Shown in pieces: positions 1 through 8,030 of a stretch of DNA of 46,828 nucleotides. Source of the stretch: a virus. Taxonomy: Duplodnaviria; Caudoviricetes. Within the stretch, counting starts at the first letter, position 1, and each line of letters begins with the position of its first letter. The notes below the pieces were generated by a model, which saw only the letters and a list, made by a program, of their open reading frames with translations, did no database searches and was not told the origin of the DNA. The DNA lies in IMG/VR virus record IMGVR_UViG_3300020161_000581, positions 1 to 46,828 of that record; one strand, 5' to 3'. Made by a program: the position numbers and the translations under genes.

Positions 1-357
1 CTTAGTCTCGCCCATGTATCCCCAGGCATATCCGTCTTCAATCATTTCTTCATTAACGGACTTTGTATTTCCATTTAGGTAAACCCATCCAAGAATACGG
101 CCATACTTTTCAGAACTGTCTGGCTTTTCTGTTTTTACAACAATATCTTTAGCATCTTTAAATTTAGACTTTAAATAATCTTTTGATTCTAAACCTAGTG
201 TTTTTTCAAGTTTGTCTGTTGTTCTAGATTCTGGAGTATCTATGCCAGCCAGTCTAAGTCTTTGAGAATATGAAATGCTAAATCCTAGGTCAATATCAAC
301 ATCGATAGTATCCCCGTCTACTATCTTTGTTACTTGCTTAACTCTGTATTCAAACAT
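1..357 (-). CDS. Thermonuclease (SNase) family protein, 3'-truncated at window edge
   Basis: Not in ORF track. Manual translation MFEYRVKQVTKIVDGDTIDVDIDLGF...RLRLAGIDTPESRT...EKYGRILGWVY...NEEMIEDGYA shows SNase motifs DGDT, RLxGIDTPE, (D/E)KYGR; RBS AAGGGGA upstream. Confidence 0.9.
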   Translation of the reverse strand, partial: MFEYRVKQVTKIVDGDTIDVDIDLGFSISYSQRLRLAGIDTPESRTTDKLEKTLGLESKDYLKSKFKDAKDIVVKTEKPDSSEKYGRILGWVYLNGNTKSVNEEMIEDGYAWGYMGETK

Positions 358-397
358 GATTCCCCTTAAATTTATAATGAGCAGGCGACCTATATAT

Positions 398-406
398 ATT
401 ATATCA
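398..406 (-). promoter_or_regulatory. Extended -10 promoter TGATATAAT upstream of thermonuclease
   Basis: Exact TGnTATAAT in an intergenic gap; motif recurs in other gaps. Confidence 0.6.
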
Positions 407-420
407 TTTATTAAATACTA

Positions 421-1239
421 TTAATCAGACATCTCTTCAATAAGCTTCAATAGACTGGATATGTCTTTTTGGCTCGTGGTTATCATAAAATCATTTATAC
501 CATATTTTTTAGATATCTCATTAATTTGTTGTTTAACCTCTTCCATATTGCCACGGATCAAATGCTCTCTCTTTTCCAAAATAGAAGGGGTCAATGATTT
601 ATTTATTTCCCATGACTGATAACAGTATTCTATTTCTGAGTCAAGCTCTTCTTTGGTTTCCCTAATAAGGGGATCAATACATAAAACTAATTTGGTATCT
701 TTTGCTTTAGCATAATTTTCTTCCATCTTCCAATGATCAAAAATAATATAATCTGTCCACCTGTTCCCAAGTTCAAGTGTAATTGGTGAATTTGCTATTG
801 TATAAGAAATTAAATCTTCTGGTTTCATATAAGAAAAAAATTTTTCTGCCCATTTATCTGTAAACTCTATTCTTTTTTCAATGGTATTTATTAATGATTC
901 TTCAAGGTTATACATCTTAATTGCTGCTTGTTCTTCATCTTCAAGCATTTTGCCAGCTACCATATTAAATGTTAATCTGTCTCCATAAGCCTGTTTCATT
1001 GTATTAAAAAATCTAATTGCATACTCTGGGCTTAAAGTATAAGGCCTGAATGCCATCATAAATTTAAGATTTTTTGTTAACCTAATCATTATTGGTAAAA
1101 ATGGAACATAGTCTGGTGACCATATTGAATAGGTTAAAAGAACAGAATAGACTTTTGATTTTTCTAAAGTCCTTGCCATTTCAACTAATTTATCTTCTGT
1201 GTTGCCGAAATCAAACCTATGCATCCAATGAAATTTCAT
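421..1239 (-). CDS. Luciferase-like (LLM class) flavin-dependent oxidoreductase, SsuD-like, short form
   Basis: N-terminal MKFHW and TKNLKFMMAFRPYTLSPEYAIR...GDRLTFNMVAG match the SsuD/LLM pattern LKFLVAxRP..SP..AAR...GRLxxNxVxG; C-terminal IRGNMEEVKQQINEI...GINDF. Confidence 0.7.
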   Translation of the reverse strand: MKFHWMHRFDFGNTEDKLVEMARTLEKSKVYSVLLTYSIWSPDYVPFLPIMIRLTKNLKFMMAFRPYTLSPEYAIRFFNTMKQAYGDRLTFNMVAGKMLEDEEQAAIKMYNLEESLINTIEKRIEFTDKWAEKFFSYMKPEDLISYTIANSPITLELGNRWTDYIIFDHWKMEENYAKAKDTKLVLCIDPLIRETKEELDSEIEYCYQSWEINKSLTPSILEKREHLIRGNMEEVKQQINEISKKYGINDFMITTSQKDISSLLKLIEEMSD

Positions 1240-2207
1240 TTTTTATTTTCTTTATATGAATTAAAAAATTGTTCTGCCCAGTATGTATGATATGGAATTC
1301 CAGAATGTCCATGGTCTCTGGCCGATAGATCTTTTGTATGGTATCCAGACTCTTTTGCCCATTTATAAAAATTTTTGACATTACCAATATCTACATAGTT
1401 GTTAAATAAACCACTTTCTCTGATAGTTGCAGAAGCATATTGATCCCAAGTTCCCCACAAAAAATTTATTCCCATTACTTTACAAATCTGTTCCATTAGC
1501 ATTATATTATGAATTGAGTTTATAACAAAGTCAGATTTTCTTTCATCACTCATATATTCATGAATCATGAGTTTTCCGTTTGCTATTGCCGATTGTCTCA
1601 TTGCCTCTTCAGGCAAATTGTCATCTATAAAAAGGGGCTCAGAGTCATTAATTACTGCATCTTCAAATTCTTTTAAGAAGAATTTATCTTTAAGGTTATA
1701 TGAGGCCATTGTTTCTAAGCCAATTTTTTGTTCCCAAAATTTTTTTATATCGTTCCATTTATAATGTCTATAAAAATCTGGATAGTTAACGAATAAATTA
1801 TTTGGTTTTCCGTACTGTTGCATGTAGCTAATTATTTGCTTATTTATTGCAGTAATACCAACAGCACGAACTCCTACGTTAAAAAATCCAGAACATGGCT
1901 CTTCATTTATAATTTTTTTATATAATTGATTTGCCCAAATATTTTCTAATTTATTCCCAAGACCTTCTGTTTCAGAACAGCCAGCAAAAAGAACATGTGT
2001 TCCAGAATGATTGTTTGTGAATTCGTCTGACCGCAACCCTGCGGAATTATAACTATAAGTAACTTCGTCATCTTCTGGGATCCCAAGCTTTTCTTCATGT
2101 ATCATTAATTTAAAACTTGAGTTTGGGTTTTGAAAACTAATTAATCCTTTAACAAATGGAGGTCCAGAAAAGTTTTCTTTTTTGTATATGTTAATATTTT
2201 TATTCAT
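1236..2207 (-). CDS. SGNH/GDSL-hydrolase-like protein (paralogue A)
   Basis: NSAGLRSDEF, block-I-like LFAGCSETEG, C-terminal DHGHSG (DxxH); start moved to ATG 2207 (GAGGAAG RBS, overlaps upstream stop). Confidence 0.6.
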   Translation of the reverse strand: MNKNINIYKKENFSGPPFVKGLISFQNPNSSFKLMIHEEKLGIPEDDEVTYSYNSAGLRSDEFTNNHSGTHVLFAGCSETEGLGNKLENIWANQLYKKIINEEPCSGFFNVGVRAVGITAINKQIISYMQQYGKPNNLFVNYPDFYRHYKWNDIKKFWEQKIGLETMASYNLKDKFFLKEFEDAVINDSEPLFIDDNLPEEAMRQSAIANGKLMIHEYMSDERKSDFVINSIHNIMLMEQICKVMGINFLWGTWDQYASATIRESGLFNNYVDIGNVKNFYKWAKESGYHTKDLSARDHGHSGIPYHTYWAEQFFNSYKENKK

Positions 2208-2514
2208 TATTTTCTTCCTCAATTTCAATCATGCCATGTTGTTTTGCTATTTTTTTTGCTTCTTCTGTTAAGGTAATTGTTGCTTCAAGATTTTCATTAT
2301 ATTCCACAGATATTAAATCTTTTTCATAAAGATCAAGAAGCGTTTGATCTATATAGTCTTTGTGAGATTGCCATAGTTCTGGGGCCAACTCTTCTGCTTC
2401 GTCTGTAATTTTAAAAATTATTTCGCCGTATTCATCAACGCCAGATATTTCAATAGCTCCTATTTCAATATAATACTCAAGATCTCTGTCAAACTGTTCT
2501 TCTGAGTCTTCCAA
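2200..2514 (-). CDS. Small acidic hypothetical protein (possible winged-helix)
   Basis: 104-aa ORF, TTG start with AAGGAG RBS, overlaps downstream gene. Confidence 0.65.
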   Translation of the reverse strand: MEDSEEQFDRDLEYYIEIGAIEISGVDEYGEIIFKITDEAEELAPELWQSHKDYIDQTLLDLYEKDLISVEYNENLEATITLTEEAKKIAKQHGMIEIEEENNE

Positions 2515-2526
2515 AATATCTCCTTG

Positions 2527-2600
2527 TACAACAGGTAGGACTCGAACCTACGATTACCGAATTATGAGTTCGGGGCTTTAACCAACTAAGCTACTGTTGC
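2527..2600 (-). tRNA. tRNA with CAT anticodon (Ile2 or elongator Met), CCA not encoded
   Basis: Cloverleaf: acceptor GCAACAG/CTGTTGT, D arm GCTT-AGTTGGTTA-AAGC, anticodon arm CCGAA-CTCATAA-TTCGG, T arm GTAGG-TTCGAGT-CCTAC, discriminator A; lacks the initiator GGG/CCC stem. Confidence 0.92.
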
Positions 2601-4030
2601 CCAGTTAGTATATTATACTTATAATGTTGCTGCCAGTCAATGATATCATTTTTATCATTAATAAGTGGCTGCCCCTTTATATTTAAACTGGTATTTAGTA
2701 AAACTGGTATGCCTGTTTGTTGATAAAATTTATTTAAAACACGCCACAACCCTCGATGCTGTTCTTTATTTACTGTCTGGACTCTAGATGTGCCGTCTAC
2801 GTGAACAACAGAAGGTATTAAATCTGGTTTTTTACATTTTACGGCATATTGCATGTATGGTGAAGTAAAATTCATTTCAAACCATTCGTTAGCACATTCT
2901 TCCATAATTACTGGGGCAAACGGCCTAAAGTTTTCTCTTTGTTTAATTAAATTAACTTTATCTTTAATGTCTGGGTCTCTGGGGTCTGCTAGTATGCTTC
3001 TATTGCCTAATGCTCTTGGTCCGTACTCGGCTCTTCCGTTTGCTACTGCTACTATTTTATTTTTTAATATTTCATCAACAATTTCATTAACAGGATATTC
3101 TCCTGATAAATTATATCCAAGATAGGGGCCATTCCAATTTAAATGTTTTCCATACAATAACGCTGCTGCGCCTAATGAACTTCCAGCATCTCCTGGGTTA
3201 GGCATAATCCAAACGCTATCAAATATTTTCCAAAGCAATGTATTAGCAGAACAGTTAAGAGCACACCCTCCCATAAAAACTAAATTTATTTTTCCAGTTA
3301 TTGATTTAGCCATATGCATAAATTCAATTAGTCTTTGTTCATAAATTAATTGAGCAGAGGCTGCAATATCAAATTTATCTTTGTCAGACACCCATCCCCA
3401 GTCAGTAATTCCTTTATGAAAATTGTATTTTTGTTTTGTTATGCTTGGGAAATACTCATTAACTTTTTTTAAATATTTATTTGGATCTCCGTAGCCAGCC
3501 ATTCCCATCATAATATATTCTTCTTGATTTGGCATTAATCCTATAAGCTGAGTAAATGCAGAATAAAAAAGTCCAAAGCTTACTGGGTAGTTTTGTTTGT
3601 AAACTTGTTTAATTTTAGATCCTTCTCCCACCCACACCGTAGAAGTATTAAATTCTCCAATTGCATCTAAAACTACAATAGCCGCATCTGTATAATTACT
3701 TGTGTAGTACCCTGCTGCTGCGTGGGATTTGTGATGCCCAAAAGAGGTCATAGGAATTTTTTTAAGAGGTGTTTGAAGAAAGTATGGCTTGTCCCCACCA
3801 AAACCGCCATGAATGGCTATACGGGCCTTTTTGAGCCATCTGTTTTCATAATAGGCTATTTTATCTGGATAGCCGTACTCTAATGCATCTTTAATTAAAC
3901 TATCATTTGTAAACCAATCATTTTTTTGTTTACTATACCTCTCGGCATGCCCAGAAAATAATATGTCCCCATCTTTAATTAAAGATACAGAGGCATCATG
4001 GGAAGTTTCATTAATTCCTAAAATTATCAA
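2591..4030 (-). CDS. Carbamoyltransferase, NodU/CmcH family
   Basis: ILGINETSHDAS, ERYSKQK, HHKSHAAAGYY, GGCALNC, PNPGDAG, EYGPRALGNRSILADPR, RENFRPFAP, HVDGTSRVQTV, LLNTSLN. Confidence 0.95.
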   Translation of the reverse strand: MIILGINETSHDASVSLIKDGDILFSGHAERYSKQKNDWFTNDSLIKDALEYGYPDKIAYYENRWLKKARIAIHGGFGGDKPYFLQTPLKKIPMTSFGHHKSHAAAGYYTSNYTDAAIVVLDAIGEFNTSTVWVGEGSKIKQVYKQNYPVSFGLFYSAFTQLIGLMPNQEEYIMMGMAGYGDPNKYLKKVNEYFPSITKQKYNFHKGITDWGWVSDKDKFDIAASAQLIYEQRLIEFMHMAKSITGKINLVFMGGCALNCSANTLLWKIFDSVWIMPNPGDAGSSLGAAALLYGKHLNWNGPYLGYNLSGEYPVNEIVDEILKNKIVAVANGRAEYGPRALGNRSILADPRDPDIKDKVNLIKQRENFRPFAPVIMEECANEWFEMNFTSPYMQYAVKCKKPDLIPSVVHVDGTSRVQTVNKEQHRGLWRVLNKFYQQTGIPVLLNTSLNIKGQPLINDKNDIIDWQQHYKYNILTGQQ

Positions 4031-4128
4031 TATATGTACCTATCTTTTTGCTTAGGCTGTTTTATAAATATTTTTTTTATTTTATAAATAACCTTATAGT
4101 ATAAATAAATAATAAATCTATAGTCCAA
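4027..4128 (-). CDS. 33-aa basic/hydrophobic micro-protein coupled to the carbamoyltransferase
   Basis: Manual: TTG-start MDYRFIIYLYYKVIYKIKKIFIKQPKQKDRYIY*; fills the gap, and its TGA overlaps the TTG of the next gene (TTGA). Confidence 0.6.
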   Translation of the reverse strand: MDYRFIIYLYYKVIYKIKKIFIKQPKQKDRYIY

Positions 4129-5110
4129 GTTTTTTCATTTCTCTTATAAAATTTTCATATATGTGTATATGTGTGTGGGCACCCCAATGCCCTTCCCAAA
4201 CTTCAAGATCCCTAATATCCCAATCTGTTCCCCTATGAAAAAAATTTTCATATTTATCTTTAAGGTTTTGATGGCACATGCTTTCTTTTTCTGGAAATAT
4301 GCCGTCTGGCGGTATTGTCTGGTCCCAATCTTCTGATAATTCAAAAAAATTTTTAAATTTATTGTGCATGTGTTGATTGTTATCTTCATATACGTCTAGC
4401 CATGTTGTCCATAGTAATTTTATATTATTTGAATGACAATATGTTTCTAACATTGAAATAAACATTAAATTAACCCAAACCCTATGTTCATTTGGAAAAA
4501 CTTCTTCTACTTTAGCTGGAAGCTTTATATATTTGTTATTTTTAGAAAGATGTAGTGCCCTATAAGGTCCTTTGTCAGACCCATATGCTTTTTCTAATAA
4601 TTTATTGTGAGGTGATGAAGTTAAGATTTCAGAGTCTATAAAGACATGGGTTCTGGCAAATGATGGAAATGCACATAGTATGTATTTTGGATTACCATAT
4701 TTTTCAAAATAGTTAAAAATGTTATATACTATTTGCATAACGGATCCTCCACGATAAGATACATTATTGTATTTAAGACCTAAATCTTTAGATACTAATT
4801 CCCCCCATATTGTTCCATCCTTAACCCCTAGGCCATAAGTTTGCGAACACCCAGCAAATAGAATATCTACATTTTTAATAAAATCTGGGCCCCTGTGTCC
4901 ATCTACATTTATTCTTTTTGCTATATTATCATTTAAATCAAAATACATTCTGTCTTTGTTTAAATTTATTGTATTTTGAAATAGTTGTGGTTGCTCTGGT
5001 TCTATTGTATTAATACATGACCACATTAATTCAACAGTTTTTTCATCTTGTAAATTATTAAAAACATCATTATTTTTTTCTACCGAATACGGTATTGTTT
5101 TATTTTTCAT
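4118..5110 (-). CDS. SGNH/GDSL-hydrolase-like protein (paralogue B)
   Basis: NVDGHRGPDF, LFAGCSQTYG, YGNP, LETYC..NIKLLWTTW, GHWGAHTH; aligns with 1236..2207. Confidence 0.6.
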   Translation of the reverse strand: MKNKTIPYSVEKNNDVFNNLQDEKTVELMWSCINTIEPEQPQLFQNTINLNKDRMYFDLNDNIAKRINVDGHRGPDFIKNVDILFAGCSQTYGLGVKDGTIWGELVSKDLGLKYNNVSYRGGSVMQIVYNIFNYFEKYGNPKYILCAFPSFARTHVFIDSEILTSSPHNKLLEKAYGSDKGPYRALHLSKNNKYIKLPAKVEEVFPNEHRVWVNLMFISMLETYCHSNNIKLLWTTWLDVYEDNNQHMHNKFKNFFELSEDWDQTIPPDGIFPEKESMCHQNLKDKYENFFHRGTDWDIRDLEVWEGHWGAHTHIHIYENFIREMKKLGL

Positions 5111-5348
5111 CTTTTTTGTTTTCTATAAAATGTAACTCTACTATTTGTTGAACGTACTCTGAAAAATGTTTCCTAATGTTTCCAGGTGGTCTAGATCCAA
5201 TAGCATTCCATATTCTTTGATACTCAACAATGTTTGAAAATGTAGTTGGGCATACAACCATTCCATTATATTCTTTTAATACAGTTGGAAGCGGCACATG
5301 TTTGCCACAGCATTTGCACTCTTTTGCTTTTTCTTGATATTCGCTCAT
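5100..5348 (-). CDS. Small Cys-containing hypothetical protein (possible Zn ribbon)
   Basis: CKCC...CP motif; overlaps both neighbours. Confidence 0.65.
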   Translation of the reverse strand: MSEYQEKAKECKCCGKHVPLPTVLKEYNGMVVCPTTFSNIVEYQRIWNAIGSRPPGNIRKHFSEYVQQIVELHFIENKKDEK

Positions 5349-7144
5349 AATGTTGTCATCCTTTCTAAAGACTCTGACAGGCTATTAGGCATCCTCGGTG
5401 CCCTAATCATATTTACTGCGTACTCTTCTTCTTTTTCTGTTCCAAAATCGTTATCATAACTCATGGAGTCGTATGTATGTATTTTAATTTCTTCATTTAA
5501 ATCAAATTTAGTTTTACTTATTGCATTAAATACTGAGCCACAAACAGCGTCAGCTAAATCCTTTGATCCTTTTCTTGGGTGATCTACCTTGTCCCTCATG
5601 ATTTTTAATTGCAATAGTTCATCTATAAGTAACGGTATGTGTGGACCCTTAAGTCTTTCTTCTAAAACTATCATTGCCATGTCATCATAATGTTTTTTAG
5701 CAACAGATAAAATTTCTGTATTAATTCCATATTGCTTTAATTGTTGCATCATGTCGTGAGAGTTCCATCTATCAAAAGTACAAAGTCTTATTCTAAACCC
5801 TTTTGTTTGTAAAGACAATATGTAATCTCTTACTTCCGCAAAGTCTACGGATTTGTCGGGAGTTGGAGTCCAAAACCTTACAGCGTCTACTTCTACTATT
5901 GGGGCTGGTTGGGAGTATGTATCTGTGACTTTTACATTAACCCATTTTTGAACATGAGCTAACGAAACTGCACAGTGGTCATGTTTTTGTGCAAGGTCTA
6001 CGTGTATAAAATATTCTTTATCTGGATCTGGGGCAAACCAATTTTCAAATCTTCCAAATTGATCTATGGCAATTGCTGTGTTATTAAATGCAGTTTCTAT
6101 TTTTTCTCTTGATTTAAAAAACGCATCTACTGCGTCTGAAGGCATGCAGGCAAAACGTCCTAATGCATCCATTGAGTTTTTATAAAATGCTACTTTAAAG
6201 TCATCAATGCTTCTAGTTGGATTAATTTCCCAAGTTGGTCTTTTTAATGCATATACTTTTGGTATAGAGTAGGAAAGTATATGGTCTTCTTCCCATTCAA
6301 CAGAAAACTCATTTCCTTCAGTTCCGTCTGGCAGGTCGACATCCATTTTAAAATTATGACTTCTTACTACGGTTTCTTTTTCTGCGATAACAGATTCGTA
6401 GAATTTTTGTATTGGATCGTTTTTAAATCTTGGGAAAGAAAGCAATATTACTTTACCAAAGTCTGGGAAACGTGAATCTACTGAAGCCCTGTACATGTCA
6501 TATATTGCATCTGCAGTCTTTGCTTGATCGTGGCCAGTTGTATTTTCTGTAGCGAAACCTGAAATCTCATCAAGAATAACAACAATAACGTTATATCCTT
6601 CCCAAGCCTCACGTTCAGAGTGACCAGAATGAACTGTAATGGATTTATCAAATTTCATTTCAGAAGCTTTATCTGTATACTTTCCAGTAAACCACGGAGA
6701 TTTTTCAATACGTGTTTTAAAGCCTTTGAAGAAAACATTGTTTGCTTGCTGTGCGTTGATAGCAATATTTAAAATATCAATTGCATCTCCTGGTGGTTTT
6801 CCATAATATGATGCTGGGTCTTTTAAGCATAGTAATAAATACACAATATAGGCTGTTGCAATTGTTGAGCAGTAGTCCTTTCCTGAACCCTTACCAAGTT
6901 GAGCAATCACTTCGTTAGCTGTTTGTTTAAATATCCTTGAGCCTTCTTCTTCACCAAATAATTTAATTAAAGTAGACTCTTTGTAAATCTGTGAAGACTT
7001 TTCAATTAATGTATATTGATATTTTGAAAGTGGCGGGAGTCCAAGATAGTCTGGGCTTGTAACAAAAGCTTGTAAATCTACTGGTCTTTCTTCAAACTCT
7101 TCTCCATCGAGTATGTCAATAAGGTCATTAAAATTAAGATCCAC
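5345..7144 (-). CDS. terL: Terminase large subunit
   Basis: Walker A GKGSGKD, Walker B VILDE, motif-III-like LLSFP, nuclease domain HVDLA...TFDRW...DHPRKGSKDLADA. Confidence 0.9.
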   Translation of the reverse strand: MDLNFNDLIDILDGEEFEERPVDLQAFVTSPDYLGLPPLSKYQYTLIEKSSQIYKESTLIKLFGEEEGSRIFKQTANEVIAQLGKGSGKDYCSTIATAYIVYLLLCLKDPASYYGKPPGDAIDILNIAINAQQANNVFFKGFKTRIEKSPWFTGKYTDKASEMKFDKSITVHSGHSEREAWEGYNVIVVILDEISGFATENTTGHDQAKTADAIYDMYRASVDSRFPDFGKVILLSFPRFKNDPIQKFYESVIAEKETVVRSHNFKMDVDLPDGTEGNEFSVEWEEDHILSYSIPKVYALKRPTWEINPTRSIDDFKVAFYKNSMDALGRFACMPSDAVDAFFKSREKIETAFNNTAIAIDQFGRFENWFAPDPDKEYFIHVDLAQKHDHCAVSLAHVQKWVNVKVTDTYSQPAPIVEVDAVRFWTPTPDKSVDFAEVRDYILSLQTKGFRIRLCTFDRWNSHDMMQQLKQYGINTEILSVAKKHYDDMAMIVLEERLKGPHIPLLIDELLQLKIMRDKVDHPRKGSKDLADAVCGSVFNAISKTKFDLNEEIKIHTYDSMSYDNDFGTEKEEEYAVNMIRAPRMPNSLSESLERMTTL

Positions 7145-7670
7145 TTACTTCCTCAATAATCTCTATTGGCTCAACAATCCCAGTAATTTGAGATAGTCTA
7201 CGGGCAACATCCATTTTACATTTAGGACATGAGGCTGTTACCTCTTTTAATATTTTAACTAAGATGTCTTGTTTATGCTCTGTTTCAGCAATCTGTGCTG
7301 CCATTTCGGCATTATCTAATAGTCCTACTTCTTTTAGCATTGTAATTCTTTTAGTTTCAATGTCTGAAATTAACTTTAGTGCGTTAGCCTTAACATTTAA
7401 TTGTCCAGCCTGATCTGCATCTTCTACTGTTTTCCATGCCTCTTTAATAAGCATAGAGTAGTGTTGGTCTGCCCCAGAGATTGCTTCCTTGGCACGCTCT
7501 TTTGAACTTGTATCGTTATAGACAACTGTCTTCCACTCATCTATAAGCTCTACTACGTCAGACCTTTTAAGTCCAGTTATGGTAGATATTTGTGTAGGAT
7601 TGTTACCTTTTAATAGTTCGGCAACAACTTTATTCATTCTATCAAAATGATCAGATAATTCAATTTCCAT
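7134..7670 (-). CDS. Probable terminase small subunit (N-terminal HTH, helical body, CxxC)
   Basis: Directly upstream of and overlapping terL; HTH-like LLKGNNPTQISTITGLKRSDVVELI. Confidence 0.6.
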   Translation of the reverse strand: MEIELSDHFDRMNKVVAELLKGNNPTQISTITGLKRSDVVELIDEWKTVVYNDTSSKERAKEAISGADQHYSMLIKEAWKTVEDADQAGQLNVKANALKLISDIETKRITMLKEVGLLDNAEMAAQIAETEHKQDILVKILKEVTASCPKCKMDVARRLSQITGIVEPIEIIEEVSGS

Positions 7671-7678
7671 ATGTAGTT

Positions 7679-7707
7679 ATTATAATTCTAGTTGACTGAA
7701 AAGTCAA
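7679..7707 (-). promoter_or_regulatory. Sigma70/SigA-type promoter TTGACT-N17-TATAAT for the terminase genes
   Basis: -35 at 7707-7702, -10 at 7684-7679, 17-bp spacer; ATG 8 nt downstream. Confidence 0.75.
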
Positions 7708-8030
7708 TTAGATTTGGCTATTTTATATAATAACAGGTATCCAATTAGGTCATCTATGTCATTATCTCCTGCAAAACCCTGATTATTTTTTACCCTATTT
7801 AATTTATCGTCAATTCTTACCTTTAATTGCTCTGTGGAGTCTGCTGTAGAAAATATTCTTATAGGGTCTAGGGCTGAGTTACCGTATGATATATTCTTTT
7901 CAATTAGCATCTGTGCAATTTCTAAGCAAGAGTTTAATATCTTGTGTCCTGCTGGTGCACTAATTGCATGTAGATATAAATCTTGATATGAAAATTCCTT
8001 TACATCTGCAAATACTGGCTTTAATGTCAT
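7704..8030 (-). CDS. DUF1599 / nucleotide-modification-associated domain 1-like protein
   Basis: LIEKNISYGNS...VRIDDKLNR...DIDDLIGYLLL pattern. Confidence 0.65.
   Translation of the reverse strand: MTLKPVFADVKEFSYQDLYLHAISAPAGHKILNSCLEIAQMLIEKNISYGNSALDPIRIFSTADSTEQLKVRIDDKLNRVKNNQGFAGDNDIDDLIGYLLLYKIAKSN

Noticed and set aside
2591-5110. Saxitoxin biosynthesis
   Set aside because: Only generic tailoring-family resemblance; no sxtA/sxtG-type core genes
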